Source of the DNA: Stegostoma tigrinum
Taxonomy: Eukaryota
DNA length: 64,000 nt
Assembly (NCBI RefSeq): GCF_030684315.1
Contig: NC_081372.1
Coordinates: 55,805,070-55,869,069, forward strand
Reading direction: 5' to 3'
The notes beneath the pieces are model-generated. The model saw only the letters and a program-made list of their open reading frames with translations. It was not told where the DNA came from and made no database searches. Both the position numbers and the translations under genes were made by a program. This document shows positions 1 to 12,551 of the stretch, one piece after another. Position 1 is the stretch's first letter; each line of letters starts with the position of its first letter.

Positions 1-84
1 GATGCTGCCTGGCCTGCTGTGTTCATCCAGCTCTACACCTTGTTATCACAGATTCTCTAACATCTGCAGTTCCTACTATCTCTC
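1..84 (+). mobile_element. 3' end of a Penelope-like element pLTR (family 1), truncated by the window edge
   Basis: gatgctgcctggcctgctgtgttcatccagctctacaccttgttatc... matches the terminus of the GIY-YIG-encoding copy at 25081-25930. Confidence 0.8.
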
Positions 85-85
85 T

Positions 86-2890
86 TAAACCAGTTAGACC
101 AACTGCTTGTAAAGAAGAAACAGGCAGACCACCTGGCATTAACTAAAGCACTAGAAATCCTAACAAGAACAGCCCTTGAAAATCCACAAAGTCCTCCTTG
201 GTAACATCTGGGGGCTAGTAACTAAATTAGGGAGAACTGTCTCACAGGCTAGTCAAGGAATCCTGATATACAACGGTCCAGACAATACCATCACTACTTC
301 TAGGTATATCCTGACATGTCAGTAGTAGAGGTGGCTACACACTGATATACATTTGGAAGGGAGTTTCCCTAGGTGTTCTCAACATTAACGCTGGACCCCA
401 TAAAATCTCATGGCATCAGGTCAAACATGGACAAAGAAATCTCCTGCTCATTAAGTAGTAATACCACCATGAGCCCACACTCAGCTAACAAACCAGTGCT
501 CCTCCATGTTGAACATCACATGTAGGAAGCACCAATGGTGACAAGGGCACAAAGTATTTTGGGCAGGGAATTTCATTGCCCATCACCAGGGGTGATTTGG
601 CAGCAGGACCACTGACTGAGCTTGTCAAGTTCTAAAGGACACAGGTGCAAGACTGGTCTGCAACAGACGGAGGTGACAAAGGAACCAACACAGAGTACAT
701 ACATACTGGACCTCAGTATCACCAATCTGTCTGCCACAAATACATCTATCCATGACAGGGCCTGTAAAAGTGAACTACTGCGCAGTCTTTGTGGAGGCCA
801 AGTCCTGTTTTCACACTGACGACACCTTCCCTCACATAACGAGGCGCCATCATAATGCTGAATGGGACAGAATGATCGAGCAGCTCCAGACTGGTTTTCT
901 ATGATGTTCTGTACAGCTTCAACATCAGCCAATTTGCACTCAAACATGTGAAAATTAATGGGGCCAGCACGTCACCCACTCCAGTGCCATCAAGCCAGGA
1001 TCAACCCTTGTTCAACGAAGGGTTCAGAGCAGCACGTTAGGAGCAGCACCAGGTATGCTCAAAAATGAGGCACCCATCTTATGAAGGTACGAAACAGGAT
1101 GGCTTGCATGTTGGACAGCATAAGCAGCACTTGACAGATGGAGCTAAGTGATCCTATATACAAAGAATCAGATCGAAGTTCTGCAGTCATACAACACCTA
1201 GTTGTGAATGTTGGTGGACAATTAAACTGCTCACTTGAGGACTTACCTCCAAAAACATTCTCATCCTCAATAATTGGGAAGATCAGCACAGTAACGTGAA
1301 AGGTAAGGCTGAAACATTTGCAACAATCTTCATCCACAAGTGCCGAGTAGATGGTGCACTGTGACCTCCTGCACCACAGATGCCAGTCTTCAGCCAAATC
1401 AATTCAGTCCATGTGATATCAAGAAATAACTGACGAAGGATATGGGTCCTGGCAACGTTCCAGCAAGAATACTGAAGACCTGCAGCCCAGAACCTCCCAT
1501 ACCCCGAGCCAAGCTATTCAATATAGCCATACCACTGTCAGCTACCACCAATGGGGAAAAATTTCCCAGGCATATTCCGTATATATAAAGTAGGACAAAT
1601 ACACGTTAGCCAATTGCTGCCATGGTCTACTCTCAAATCAGTAAAATAGTGGAATTGGTCATCAACAGTGCTATCAAACAGCACCTGCTCAGTAACACAC
1701 TGTTTGGGTTCCGACAGGACTTCATTGCAGTCTTGATTCAAACTTAGACAAACAGCTGAATTCAAGAGGTGAGCTGAGAGCGATAATCTTTGACATTAAA
1801 GTTGAATTTACAAACCGTGGCATCAAGGAGCCTTAGCAAAACTAGAGTCAATAGAAATGAGATGGGAAACTCACTAGTTCAAGTCAAACTGATAAATAAG
1901 ATGGTCGTGGTGTTGGAGGTCAGTCATCTCAGCTGCAAGACATCTCTACAGGAGTTTCTTGGATTGCGTCCTTGGCCCAACCATCTTCAGCTGCTTCAAT
2001 GTTCCCTCTATCTCAAGGTGAGAAGTGAGGATAGACACTGCTGCCTGCACAATGTTCAGCACCATTCACAGCTCCTCTGATACTGAAGCAGTCCATGTTC
2101 AAATACAAGGTTTTGTTAAGATCCAGGCTTGGGATAGCAAATGGAAAGTAACATTTGTGCCACACAAATGCTGGGCAATAACCATCTTGAAGGAGAGAGA
2201 ATCTTACCATTCATTGCCCCTTACCATTCAATGATATCAACATCACTGAATCCCCACATCAAATCTTGGATTACTATTAATCAGAAACTGAATTGGACTA
2301 GTCTACCACACAGCTACAAAGAGCAGGTCAGAGGCTAAGAATCTTGCAGCAAGTAATTCACCTCTTGACTCCTGAAAACCTGTCCATCATCTACAAAGTC
2401 AGGAGTGCGATGGAATACTCTCTACATGCCTATGTAAGTGCAGCTGCTAAAACACTCAAGAAGCTTGCCACCATCCAGAACAAAGTTGCCCACTTTATTG
2501 TTTCCTGTTGTGTTGCCTTTCAGATCCTCAGCAACAGTGCGTCCCATCGTCAAGACACATTACAGAAATTAACCATGGCTCCTTAGACACCACTTCCAAA
2601 CTCCCCCCAAGCATCGTCATCTAAAAAGGACAAGGACAGCACATAACATGGGAACACCATCACCTACAAGTTTCTGTCCAAGCCACTCAGTATCTTGACC
2701 TGGAAATATATTGTTCTTGTGAGGCTCAGTCAAAGTCCTCAAACTCCCTTACTAATGGTATTGCGAATTTACTAACAGCATATGGACCGTAGCAGTTCAA
2801 GGAGGTAGCTCTTTGCCCTTGAGAAGGCAATTAGGAACAAGCTCGAAATGCTAGTTCAGCAAGTGACGCCCACGTCCCATTAGTGACCAG
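86..2890 (+). mobile_element. Degenerate CR1/L2-group LINE (endonuclease-RT ORF2 relic plus 3' tail)
   Basis: Frameshifted RT-like segments (IKQHLLSN..FGFRQ.., VWHQGALAKL, LGPTIFSCF). The tail aaggcaattagg...gacgcccacgtcccat is shared with SINE copies in the window. Confidence 0.8.
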
Positions 2891-4788
2891 AACAAACTGC
2901 AGATGATGAAACAGTATTTTGGGTGTTGGAATGTTAACAGCGCAGCAGTTACCTGCAGCTAAGAAAATGGTATTACACGAAACTGGTTTTAATAAAAAGG
3001 ATAAATGAATATTATATATTTAATGCAAATACAGGTGCATAATGTAGGATTTCAAAGAACGATTAATGCTTTGAGAATGTTCTCATCATAATTAATTTCA
3101 TGAATAAACTGTCACGTATTTAACAGTGGTTAGTTTTATTCTTAATAACAAAATCATATGTATTATATAAACCAAAACATTCTTACTGAGGCTCAGTTTT
3201 ATATTTAATGGCACCACAGCTTCTTCATAGAAAGAGAAACGGGGAGGAGGAAACATGTTGAGACGAAAGATGGACCAAAAATGTCTGATATGAGCAAAGC
3301 AATCTGATTTATCGTTAAAACTTCATGAAAGTATTCATTGAGAAATTGCTCATAATTCCACTGTAGGATGTACACAAGAAAACAAGTCAACATTTGATTT
3401 TAATATTAAAGTTACCTTGACTTGAAATCAGTCCTACATTTACCAGTGGCTTAGTGAGATGATACACAATGGTTAACACCACTTTAGGCTGGTACTTCAG
3501 TATCCATTTTCGGAATTTACCAATTAAATGGACTTTTTTTCCCTATTATTCTATTTATGTATAGCATCAGTGGTATGTTTGAAAGGATCCGTGTGTTTTC
3601 CCATGGATCTGGTTAGCAAACTTTATTTTGTTTGTTTGGGACGATGCCAGGACCGCCCAAAAGCACAATATGACAACACACAAAACTCGGAGGAGATTTT
3701 TTTAAAAACGCCATTAGAGCCAGGGGTTTTATAGCAAGAAAGAAAGATTAAAGCACAGGTCTACTGTAGCAATCTAAACCTCAAGACTTCAGCGGGCTTC
3801 AGAAGGTAGATGCTAAAACTAAAAATCAAGAGAATACTGAACCGAAAACGTTTTGCTCACTATTTAAGGGCTGATCATTTCCTTGCACAATAGTTTGGTG
3901 GTCTCCTCTTGCACTCAGCCTAAATTACTGATTGTGGAGTCCAATGGATGAGATGAGATTTCTTTTAATGCATGCTGAACAAAAGTGAACTTTTATACTG
4001 TTCCCTCAAGTCAGCTTGTCATTTCAGAAAGATGAGAATTTCAAACCATCAATTTTCTATGTGGAATTTTACCAATAAGACAGTATTACCTCGCTCTGCA
4101 ACAGGTACAACTACACCCAACCTAATTCAAAGATGAGCCTGTGTTCTTGTCCTCCTCAGAGTCAATTCACTGTGAATTAACAAATAAATTTCCATTCTTT
4201 ACAAGAAAAAAAAACTGCACGTTTCAAATAAATCTAAATGCAGATGATGCCTGTTGTTAGGTTAGGTGAGTTTGGATAGAACTTACTGAAATTTTCACCA
4301 TTTCTTCAAACATATCTAAAACATTTATCATTGATACAAAGAATTTTGGCTTCATTATAACTTACTGATTTTCACTTTTTTTAAAAAGGAGTTTCAATCA
4401 TTAAAAAAATTGAAACACTTCCACTGGTCTAGATGAAATCGACCAATTCAATCGGTTTACAATACATGACTGGTGTGGTAGAATACGTGCAAGAAGTACT
4501 TTTGCAGTAGAGCAGAGTGCAGTTTTCACATTTCTTGAAGAAGTTGCAAAGCAGCAGGAGATAGGACTACAGGACATTAAGCCTTGTGAAACCCTCCCTT
4601 GTGATTTCAAAGGAAAAGGTATGTGATTGGTTACTGAGCACTTGGCTCACTTGTTTTACTTGAGAGTCTAGCAAAAGTGAATTTTAAGATGTCTCAGATA
4701 TCGTAAAAAAAAATTTCAAAACATTCCAATCAATCACCTACAACAATAAGTTTTTATGAGTAAAGCCTACCATAAGTGAGAAAATACA

Positions 4789-5183
4789 TTCAGAAATAAT
4801 GGGAACTGCAGCTGCTGGAGAATCCAAGATAGAGCGTAGAGCTGGATGAACACAGCAGGCCAAGCAACCCATTTCCTTCCTACTAACCTCATCCCGCCCC
4901 CTTGACCTGTCCGTCCTCCCTGGACTGACATATCCCCTCCCTACCTCTCCACGTACACTCACCTCTACTGGCTCCATACCCGCCTCTTTGACCTGTCTGA
5001 CTCCTCTCCACCTATCTTCTCTTCTATCCATCTTCTATCCGCCTCCCCCTCTCTCCCTGTTTATTTCAGAACCCTCTCACCCTGCCCCATTTCTGACAAA
5101 GGGTCTAGGCCCGAAGCATCAGCTTCTATGCTCCTAAGATGCTGCTTGGCCTGCTATGTTCATCCAGCTCCACATTTTGTATC
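4789..5183. mobile_element. Penelope-like element family 1, inverted-end (palindromic) insertion with 12-bp TSD
   Basis: A minus-oriented end (about 4792-4866) is joined to a plus-oriented pLTR (about 4868-5183). TGAGAAAATACA flanks it at 4777-4788 and 5184-5195. Degenerate hammerhead at about 5093-5120. Confidence 0.85.
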
Positions 5184-5935
5184 TGAGAAAATACACTAGA
5201 TAGTTTAGGGTTTCATCAGAAATTAATTAGCACATAATAGATGGCAGGGAAACGGATATATGGCAATTTCAGGATGAGTATGCATCTGGATAGCTGTTTA
5301 ATCCACACAAATGTCTGCAGCAAGTGTTCTGAGACAGTGGAAATTTTGGCTCAGAGTTATTGACCTGGAGGCCAAGTCACATATGCTGTGGCACATCAGG
5401 AAGGGGGCTGTTAATGTCAACATGGTCTCTTCAAAGGAGGGCACATCTTAGGACAGGGTCTTCAGAATTCATCAGCAGACAGGGGTGACAAGGAGATGGG
5501 AATACATCAGTGTCAACGACACAGGTAGAACCAGAAAAGAGAGACAGTCAGTTGAAGGGGGTATGGAGAAGTTATATACTCATTAAAAAGTAAAACCTTA
5601 AAAAGGCAAAAATCTCCGGATCACTATCACAGTCACAAGAAATGGCACTGAGTGAACAAGACTGGAGAAATACATATTGATTGGCCTTTGGAGCAATGGC
5701 ACTAGTAATGGGCAAAGTGAAATCTGCATCATTGAGACAGTTTAAGCCTGAATCACAGTGGGACTGGTATTCTCGCTAGCCAGATATCTGGGGAAGTTAG
5801 TAAGTTTCAAAGTAGAAGGGACTTAAAATAAGGAGAATGAGGGAATCAAGTTTGGGTAGATGTACCAAATTATGGAGTATAGTCGAGGCAGGACAGCAAA
5901 ATCCCAACATTAGAAATGAAGGTCTTGTGAATAGA

Positions 5936-6545
5936 TGTTATGGAATTCAACAAACAATTTCAAAATATATCAAGGATACAGCCTGGAACTCAACTTTTTG
6001 TTTTATTTAAAGGCAAGTGTAAGGCGCTGTGCTCCAAATGTGATCTGACCTGGTCCTCCACTAGGCTTTAAGTAAAAACATATTATTCTTACAACATGGT
6101 TAAAATACAAACAAAACACAATTGGCCTAACAAACATTATTGAAACACTTATTTTCTGTAACTGCAAATCAACTGTACCAATAAAGCAGCATCCCATCAC
6201 ACACCCGTGGCAGAGGCAGATACAGCAAAACAGATTTTCTTCAGGTGCTATCTCCTTTGGGTCCAGACAAAAGGAACACCAAAAGAAACAATCGAGCACC
6301 AGAGAGAAAATTCTAGCTTTTCGGGGCAAAGAGAGAGAGCTGTATCTATCAGCTTCAACGGCCAACTTCACTCACTTATGTTTCTTTTGCCTAATTTTTA
6401 AAAAAAGAGTTTCAAGCTGTTTAAAACTGCTTCTGAAGCACGCAAGTCAAGACTTGCTGTTATGAAAAGTAACAAAGGACAAAGCTGAAGGGTCTGCATC
6501 TGAACGAGTACAGCCTTCAAAACAAATGTGCACTTTGCTAAGACA
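5936..6545 (-). mobile_element. Probable solo LTR-like repeat, related to 27220-27880
   Basis: Shares blocks with about 27320-27660 (cca.atgtga...ggctttaag.aaaaca.a.t..att.ttaca; gagaga.agctgtatcta..agctt). No TSD identified. Confidence 0.45.
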
Positions 6546-6559
6546 AATCAGGGCAGGAC

Positions 6560-7305
6560 TTGTAACCGTTAACGCTAGGGCCCTGGAGAGTGTTGCCAAA
6601 CAAAGGTCTTGGGGTGCAGGTTCACAGTTCCTTCAAGGTGGAGTTGCAGTTAGAATGGGTAGTGAAGGCAGCATTTGGTACACTTGCTTTTGTTGGTCAG
6701 TGCATCGAGTATAGGAGCTGGGATTTCATATTGTAGTTGTACAGGATATTCATTAGACCACTTTTGGAAAACTACATTCAATTCTGATTTCTGTGATAGG
6801 AAACAGGTTGTGAAACCTGAAAGGGTGCAGAAAAGATTTAAGGATGTTGCCAGAGTTGGGGGGGTTTAGCTATAGGAAAGGCTAAATAGACTTGGGCTAC
6901 TTTCTCTGGAGCATCAGAAGCTAGGGAGTGACTTAAAAGGGGTTCATAAAATCTTGAGGGGCATGGATAGGGTAAATAGACACTGTCTTTTCCCTGGGAT
7001 GGAGAGTTCAAAACTAGAGGGGATAGGTGTAAGGTGAGAGGGGCAAGATATAAAAGGGACCTTAGGGGCAACTTATTCACGCAGGAGGATGGCGCATGTA
7101 TGGAATGAACTGCCACCGAAAGTGCTGGAGGCTGGTACAATTACAACATTTAAAAGGCACCTGTATGGGTATGTGAATAGGAAGGGTTTAAGAAAGGCAC
7201 AAGCCAAATGCTGGCAAATGGGACAACATTTATACAGGATGTCTGGTTGGCATGGACGAGTTGGATTGAAGGGTCTGTTTCCATGCCGCATATCTCTGAC
7301 TCTAA
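6560..7305 (+). mobile_element. CR1 LINE 3' fragment (HER1-like)
   Basis: ERVQKRF..LP, WNELP..V.EAGTITTFKRHL motifs, then the typical 3'UTR gaagggtctgtttcc...ctctgactcta. Confidence 0.9.
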
Positions 7306-7724
7306 GTTCAGAACAAGAGAATTGGGTGCAAAATCAGTGAACATTTTTGTTACAAAATTAAGATTGTAGGTATCTCGGAAATAATTCCTCAAATGGTTTG
7401 GTCAGTTGGAATGGTTGACTGAAACCACAAGATTGTCAACTAAGCAATACCAAGCACAGAAAGTGAAACAGGAGTACAAAATCACCAACAACCTGTTATG
7501 AACATGCCTCAGCAACTCTGCTGTTTCTCACTTCAGATATGTTGCCTTCCATTTTAATAAGTGTTGCATTAATTGATTCTATGTTTAGGACACTTTTTGA
7601 ACAATGATTCTTGTAATAACAAATGCATTTTTCATAATACATTACAGAAGAACATGTGGATAGGTCACTGTATTTGCCAGTTTCAGTGGAGCTAACATCC
7701 CAATCAGAAGTTGTTCATACAGTC

Positions 7725-8260
7725 AGTCATAAAGCACGGAAACAGATCCTTCAGGCCAACTCGTCCATAATGACCAAGTTTCCACGACTAAATTAGTCCC
7801 ACTTGCCTACGTTTTGCCCATGTTCCACTCAATCCTTCCTATTCATACACCTATCCAAATGTCTTTTAAATATTGTTACTATATCATTTACCATTTTGTC
7901 TGGCAATTCATTCCACACACAAACCGCCCTACATGTGAAATAGTTGCTCTTTGACTCCCTTTTAAATCTTTCTCCTCTTGCCTTAAAAATATGTTCCTGG
8001 GTTTTTAAACTCACCCACACTAGGGCAAATGACTTTTCTATTCACCTTATCTATGGTCCCTCATGATTTTTCAAACCTCTATGATGTCACCCATCTTCCT
8101 CTTATGCTCCTGGGGAAAACAAGTTCCAATCTCAACTTCCAACTCAAACTTTCCAGCAAGATCCTGGTAAATCTTTTCTGAGCCCTCTCCAATTTAATAT
8201 CCTTCCTAGAGCATGGCAAACGGACTGCACGCAGTACTCCAACGTGTAGATAACTGGGAT
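7725..8260 (-). mobile_element. CR1 LINE 3' fragment
   Basis: Minus-strand ORFs LERAQKRFTRIL and FKARGERFK..VWNELP..FKRHLD. Confidence 0.88.
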
Positions 8261-8289
8261 CGAGTGAATTCTTCAACGTTACAAGGAGT

Positions 8290-9500
8290 GTAGGGGCATT
8301 CTTCACAGGAAAATTAAGTTGGCAAAAAGATAATAGGAGATAAGGTTATGTACCAAGGCTAAGGATAATCCAAAGAGATTTTGCAAGTATATTAAGAGCA
8401 AAATAGCAACTAGGGAGAGAATAAGGCCACTTAAAGATCAACAAGGTCATTTGTGTAGAAGCTCTGGAGATTGGGGTGGGGGGGGGGGGAGAAAGAGATA
8501 CAAAATGAGTATTTTGCACCAGTTTTTAATGTGGAGAAATAAATGGAGGCTAAGGAACCTCATGAAATAAACACTGGATGGCTTGAAAACAGTCCACAAT
8601 TCTGAAGAGGAAGTGCCGGAGGTCTTAAAAAAACCTAAAAGATGGATAAATCCCTGGAACCTAATCAAATGTATCCCAGGAAGTTGTGAAAAAGTTAGGG
8701 AAGAAATTGCAGGGCTCCTAGCACAGATTTGAGTCATCTACAGCCACAACTAAGATGCCAGAGGACCAAACTGTGACTAACATTGTACTTTCATTTAAGG
8801 GCCAAACGGAGAAGTCTGGGAATTACAGACCTGTAAAGTCTGACATCAATAGTGGGTAGGTTGTTGGAGGGGGTTCTCAAAATTATGATTTACATGTATT
8901 TGGAGAGCCAAGTGCTGATTAGGGATATTCATCAAGACTTTGCACATGGGAAATCGTGTCTCACAAAGTCAAGGTTTTTGAGAAAGTACCCAAAAGGCGT
9001 GATGAGGGCAGTGGCAGACATTGCCTACATGGACTTCAGTAAGACATGTGACAAGATTCCATATGGTAGACGAATTAGTAAAGTTAGATCAGATGGAATT
9101 CAGAGTGAACTTGCCAACTGCATATAAAAATCAGCCTGACAGTAACAGACAGAGGGTGGTGATGGAGGGTTCTTTGTCAGAGTGGAGGCCTGTGATCAGC
9201 AGTGCTCTGCGGAATCAGGGCTGGGTCCACCATTAGGAGGCATAGTTAGTGAGTTTGCACAGAACATCAAACTGGTGGTATAGTGGACAATGAAGAAGTT
9301 TATTTAAGATTAAGAAGGGATCTTGATCATTTGGGCTAATGGGCTGAAGAGTGGCAGACGGAGTTTCATTTGGACAAATGAAAGGTATTGCATTTTGATA
9401 AAACAAACAAGAGCAGGAATTGTATAATTAATGCTAGGACCTTGGGTAGAGTTGTAGAACACAGATACTCAGGGGTTCCAGAACATAGTTCTTTGAAAAT
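8290..9500 (+). mobile_element. CR1 LINE ORF2 internal fragment (RT)
   Basis: GNYRPV.LTS.VG.LLE, DIAYMDFSK..DKIP and QRVVMEG..S.WRPV motifs. Confidence 0.88.
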
Positions 9501-10627
9501 TAACCTTTAATTACAGTTCTGTGCTGCATGAAATTTAATCATAATATTTTCTGGCACTAGTAAAACACCAGTCTCTGCCACTGAGAACAATACTGTTGTA
9601 TTATTGGTCTCCCATTCAGATTCAATTGATATTCAATACTTCCTCCTTCAGTGTAATTCTATACTGCCTGCCTGTTAGATGGAGTATTTCCCAGTAGGCA
9701 TGGAAGGGAATCATACAGATCATTTGCACCCTGCAGACATTCACCACGAGATGACTCTTAGTCAGTCTGCACTCAAGGATACAGCACAGAATCAAGCTTA
9801 ATTAATCATGCCAATACTTATACTACACTCAAGACTCCATCCATTTTTCACTTCAATTGACTATCACAACCGACTGTTCCCTTATCCCTCAAATGCTGGT
9901 CTTGCTTCTCCTTAAATACATGTGCATTATTAGCTTCAACCATTCCCTCCAGCACTGAATTTCACATTTTTTTAACCATTTCATGAGTACATTCTTCTAA
10001 ACTTCTTACTGTATTTCTTAATGGCTATATTGCGCTGAGGGTCCCTAATTATGCTCTTTGCAACAACAGGAAGTTGCAATCATTATTACAACCTTACATC
10101 AAATTTTAAAAGGTATCCTATTAGGTCATCCCTCATTCTGCTTTCAGAGCAAAAGGCACAAGCATTAGCCATTTTTTCTGATCTGTATATCACATTTTAA
10201 GTCTTTCTTCAACCTCTCAATGCTTTATCTTTTCGGTAATATTCAAACCAAAACTGCAGTATTCTCAAGTGTGGTTTAACCAAGGTTCACTACTTCCCTT
10301 TGCAATTCCTGTAGAATTAAACACAAGCTTTCAGTCTGCTGTTAAGAGCTGTACGGATCTGTGACATAATTATAGTAATCCATGTATCTGTAATTTGCAG
10401 TCCCTTTTGTTCCTCCACCCTACCTAGTCTCGCACGTTCCAAGTAATAAGTGACTTCTCTATTCTACCAACCAAAATAGACTGCCTCACATTCATCTAAG
10501 CTGAATTTCATTAGCCAATTATTAACGAACTGTCATGATATATGTTCTCCCAAAATTCTTGCAATCCTCACTACTGACAATTACTGAACCTCCTAAACCC
10601 CTTCCTACCTATCTGGTAGCCATGACG

Positions 10628-11305
10628 TGGAGGTACCAGTGTTGGGCTGGGGTGAACAAGGTCAGAAATCACACAAGAGATAATAGGAACTGCAGATGCT
10701 GGAGAATCCGAGATAACAAGGTGTAGAGCTGGCTGGACACAGCAGGCCAAGCAGCATCTTAGGAGCACTAAAGCTGACATTTCGGGCCTAGTCCCTTCAT
10801 CAGAAAATAAAATCTGTAAACATGCCTTGTTCAGATACATCATCTAGTAAATACACCATATTTCTTTTGTTCTGGTTTTGGTCAATATCTGCCTCTGGGT
10901 GGGAGGAGGGATTTGTGTTGAAGTTTGACATTGTAATGCCTCATTTTAATGCTGTGAGCAAACAAAAGAATTGCATTGCTATTGTAGTCACGCTTGGTGA
11001 ATTTATAATTCGAAATATGTATATGAAGTATTTCAAGACCTATTTATTCCTCTCCTGATGTATCATTAAGAGAATTAAAACAACAGTTCCGATTGAGCGG
11101 TCTCATAATTTTTGGCATTCTGAAGACGATTGGCTGAAGACGATTTTTCTGATGAAGGATCTAGGCCCGAAACATCAGCTTTCCTGTTCCTAAGATGCTG
11201 CTTGGCCTGCTGTGTTCATCCAGGTCTAATCCTTGTTATCTCAGGTTATAGTCCAACAGGTTTATTTGAAATCACAAGCTTTTGGGATGCTGCCTCTCTA
11301 TGAGG
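10628..11305. mobile_element. Nested structure: a PLE family 2 end interrupted by an inverted pair of PLE family 1 ends enclosing a captured 325-bp segment
   Basis: Family-2 halves at 10628-10676 and about 11242-11305; family-1 ends at about 10677-10807 (-) and 11144-11243 (+); insert at 10813-11136. Confidence 0.8.
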
Positions 11306-12551
11306 CACAATTAGTCAGTTTACGAAGAGAGGCTTTAAAATTGTCCCATGAGAGGACAGCTTCAGTAAATGTTAAACAGGTTCACAACTTCTAATTAACA
11401 GCACCAGTCTAAAAGAACATTAGCTTCACTGCAGAACAACATTACTCTACTCAAAAGACTGACTAAAAGGTTAGACACGCCAAACATGCATTACCCTGAA
11501 CCACCCTCACTGATCAATTTAAAACTCAATTATCTGCAGTACTGTGACAGGATAAAGGCTAAACTAAGAATCATTCTTTTTTTACAATGTGAATGAAACT
11601 ATGCCACAAATATAAACATCATGTGTGACTGGCAGAACACACTGCAGTCGGATACCTATTATACAAATAAAACAGAAAACAGTACCGGTATGTTGGGTGT
11701 CCAAAAATGATGCTTGCTTGACTAGTGAACATTCTAGAGGTTATGCTGAACATATTATCTGGTAAACATGCTAAGCTTGTAGAATGCAGTGATGCAGCAA
11801 GGGAATGGGAATGCCTGGTTTGCTGTCCAGAGTTGAAGGGGGCACAAATGCACCAAATGGCTTCCTCAAGTGCTGTAGTAATTCTGACTGACTAAGCTAC
11901 CAAGGTGATCATTAGAAGCATGGTTTACAGTCTAACTCTTCCAATTCAAATTCAAAAAAGTTTATTGACTGTACAGCCAAAATGTCACAAAAGGAGACAG
12001 CATGAAGCAAAACAAAGCCAAAAAGTTATTGTGGGCAACTTTTACTTTAGACTTTCCCAATCCCAATCAGTTTATTCCTCTCAAAAATCGAGTTATCATT
12101 ATTTTGCATTCTCCATTTTTGGCAACACACAAACCAGCAAAGTGCCTTCCCCCATATCTCTATCTTATGGCATGGACAACTTGTTCAATAAGCAAATCTA
12201 AAAACAGCACAGATTTTAGCCCTCATTTACCTTGCCCAGCCGATCGTCTTCAGAATGCCGAAAATCATGAGACACTCAATCAGAACTATTGTTTCAATTT
12301 TCTTAAATGACACATCAGGAAAGGAATAAATAGGTTTTGATATTCATATACATGTTTCGAATTATAAATTCACCGAGCATGGCTACAATAGCAATGAAAT
12401 TCTTCTGCTGGCTCACAACAATAAAATGAGGCATTACAATGTCAAACTTCAACACTGATCCCTCCCCCACCCAGAGGCAGATACTGACCAAAACCAAAAG
12501 AAATCCAGTGTATTTACGCAAAGATGTAACTGAACAAGGCATGTTTACAGA
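10813..12551. repeat. Long inverted repeat, arms 10813-11136 and 12237-12551, spacer ~1.1 kb
   Basis: Manual alignment is colinear over ~320 bp at roughly 85% identity. ORFs 10822..11058(+) and 12315..12641(-) are near-identical translations. Confidence 0.93.

Noticed and set aside
573-2586. Host protein-coding ORFs
   Set aside because: Fragments or antisense frames of a decayed LINE ORF2.
10709-11243. DNA transposon/MITE with 100-bp TIRs
   Set aside because: The inverted ends match the pLTR of the GIY-YIG-encoding retroelement at 25081-25930, carry hammerhead motifs and are asymmetric.
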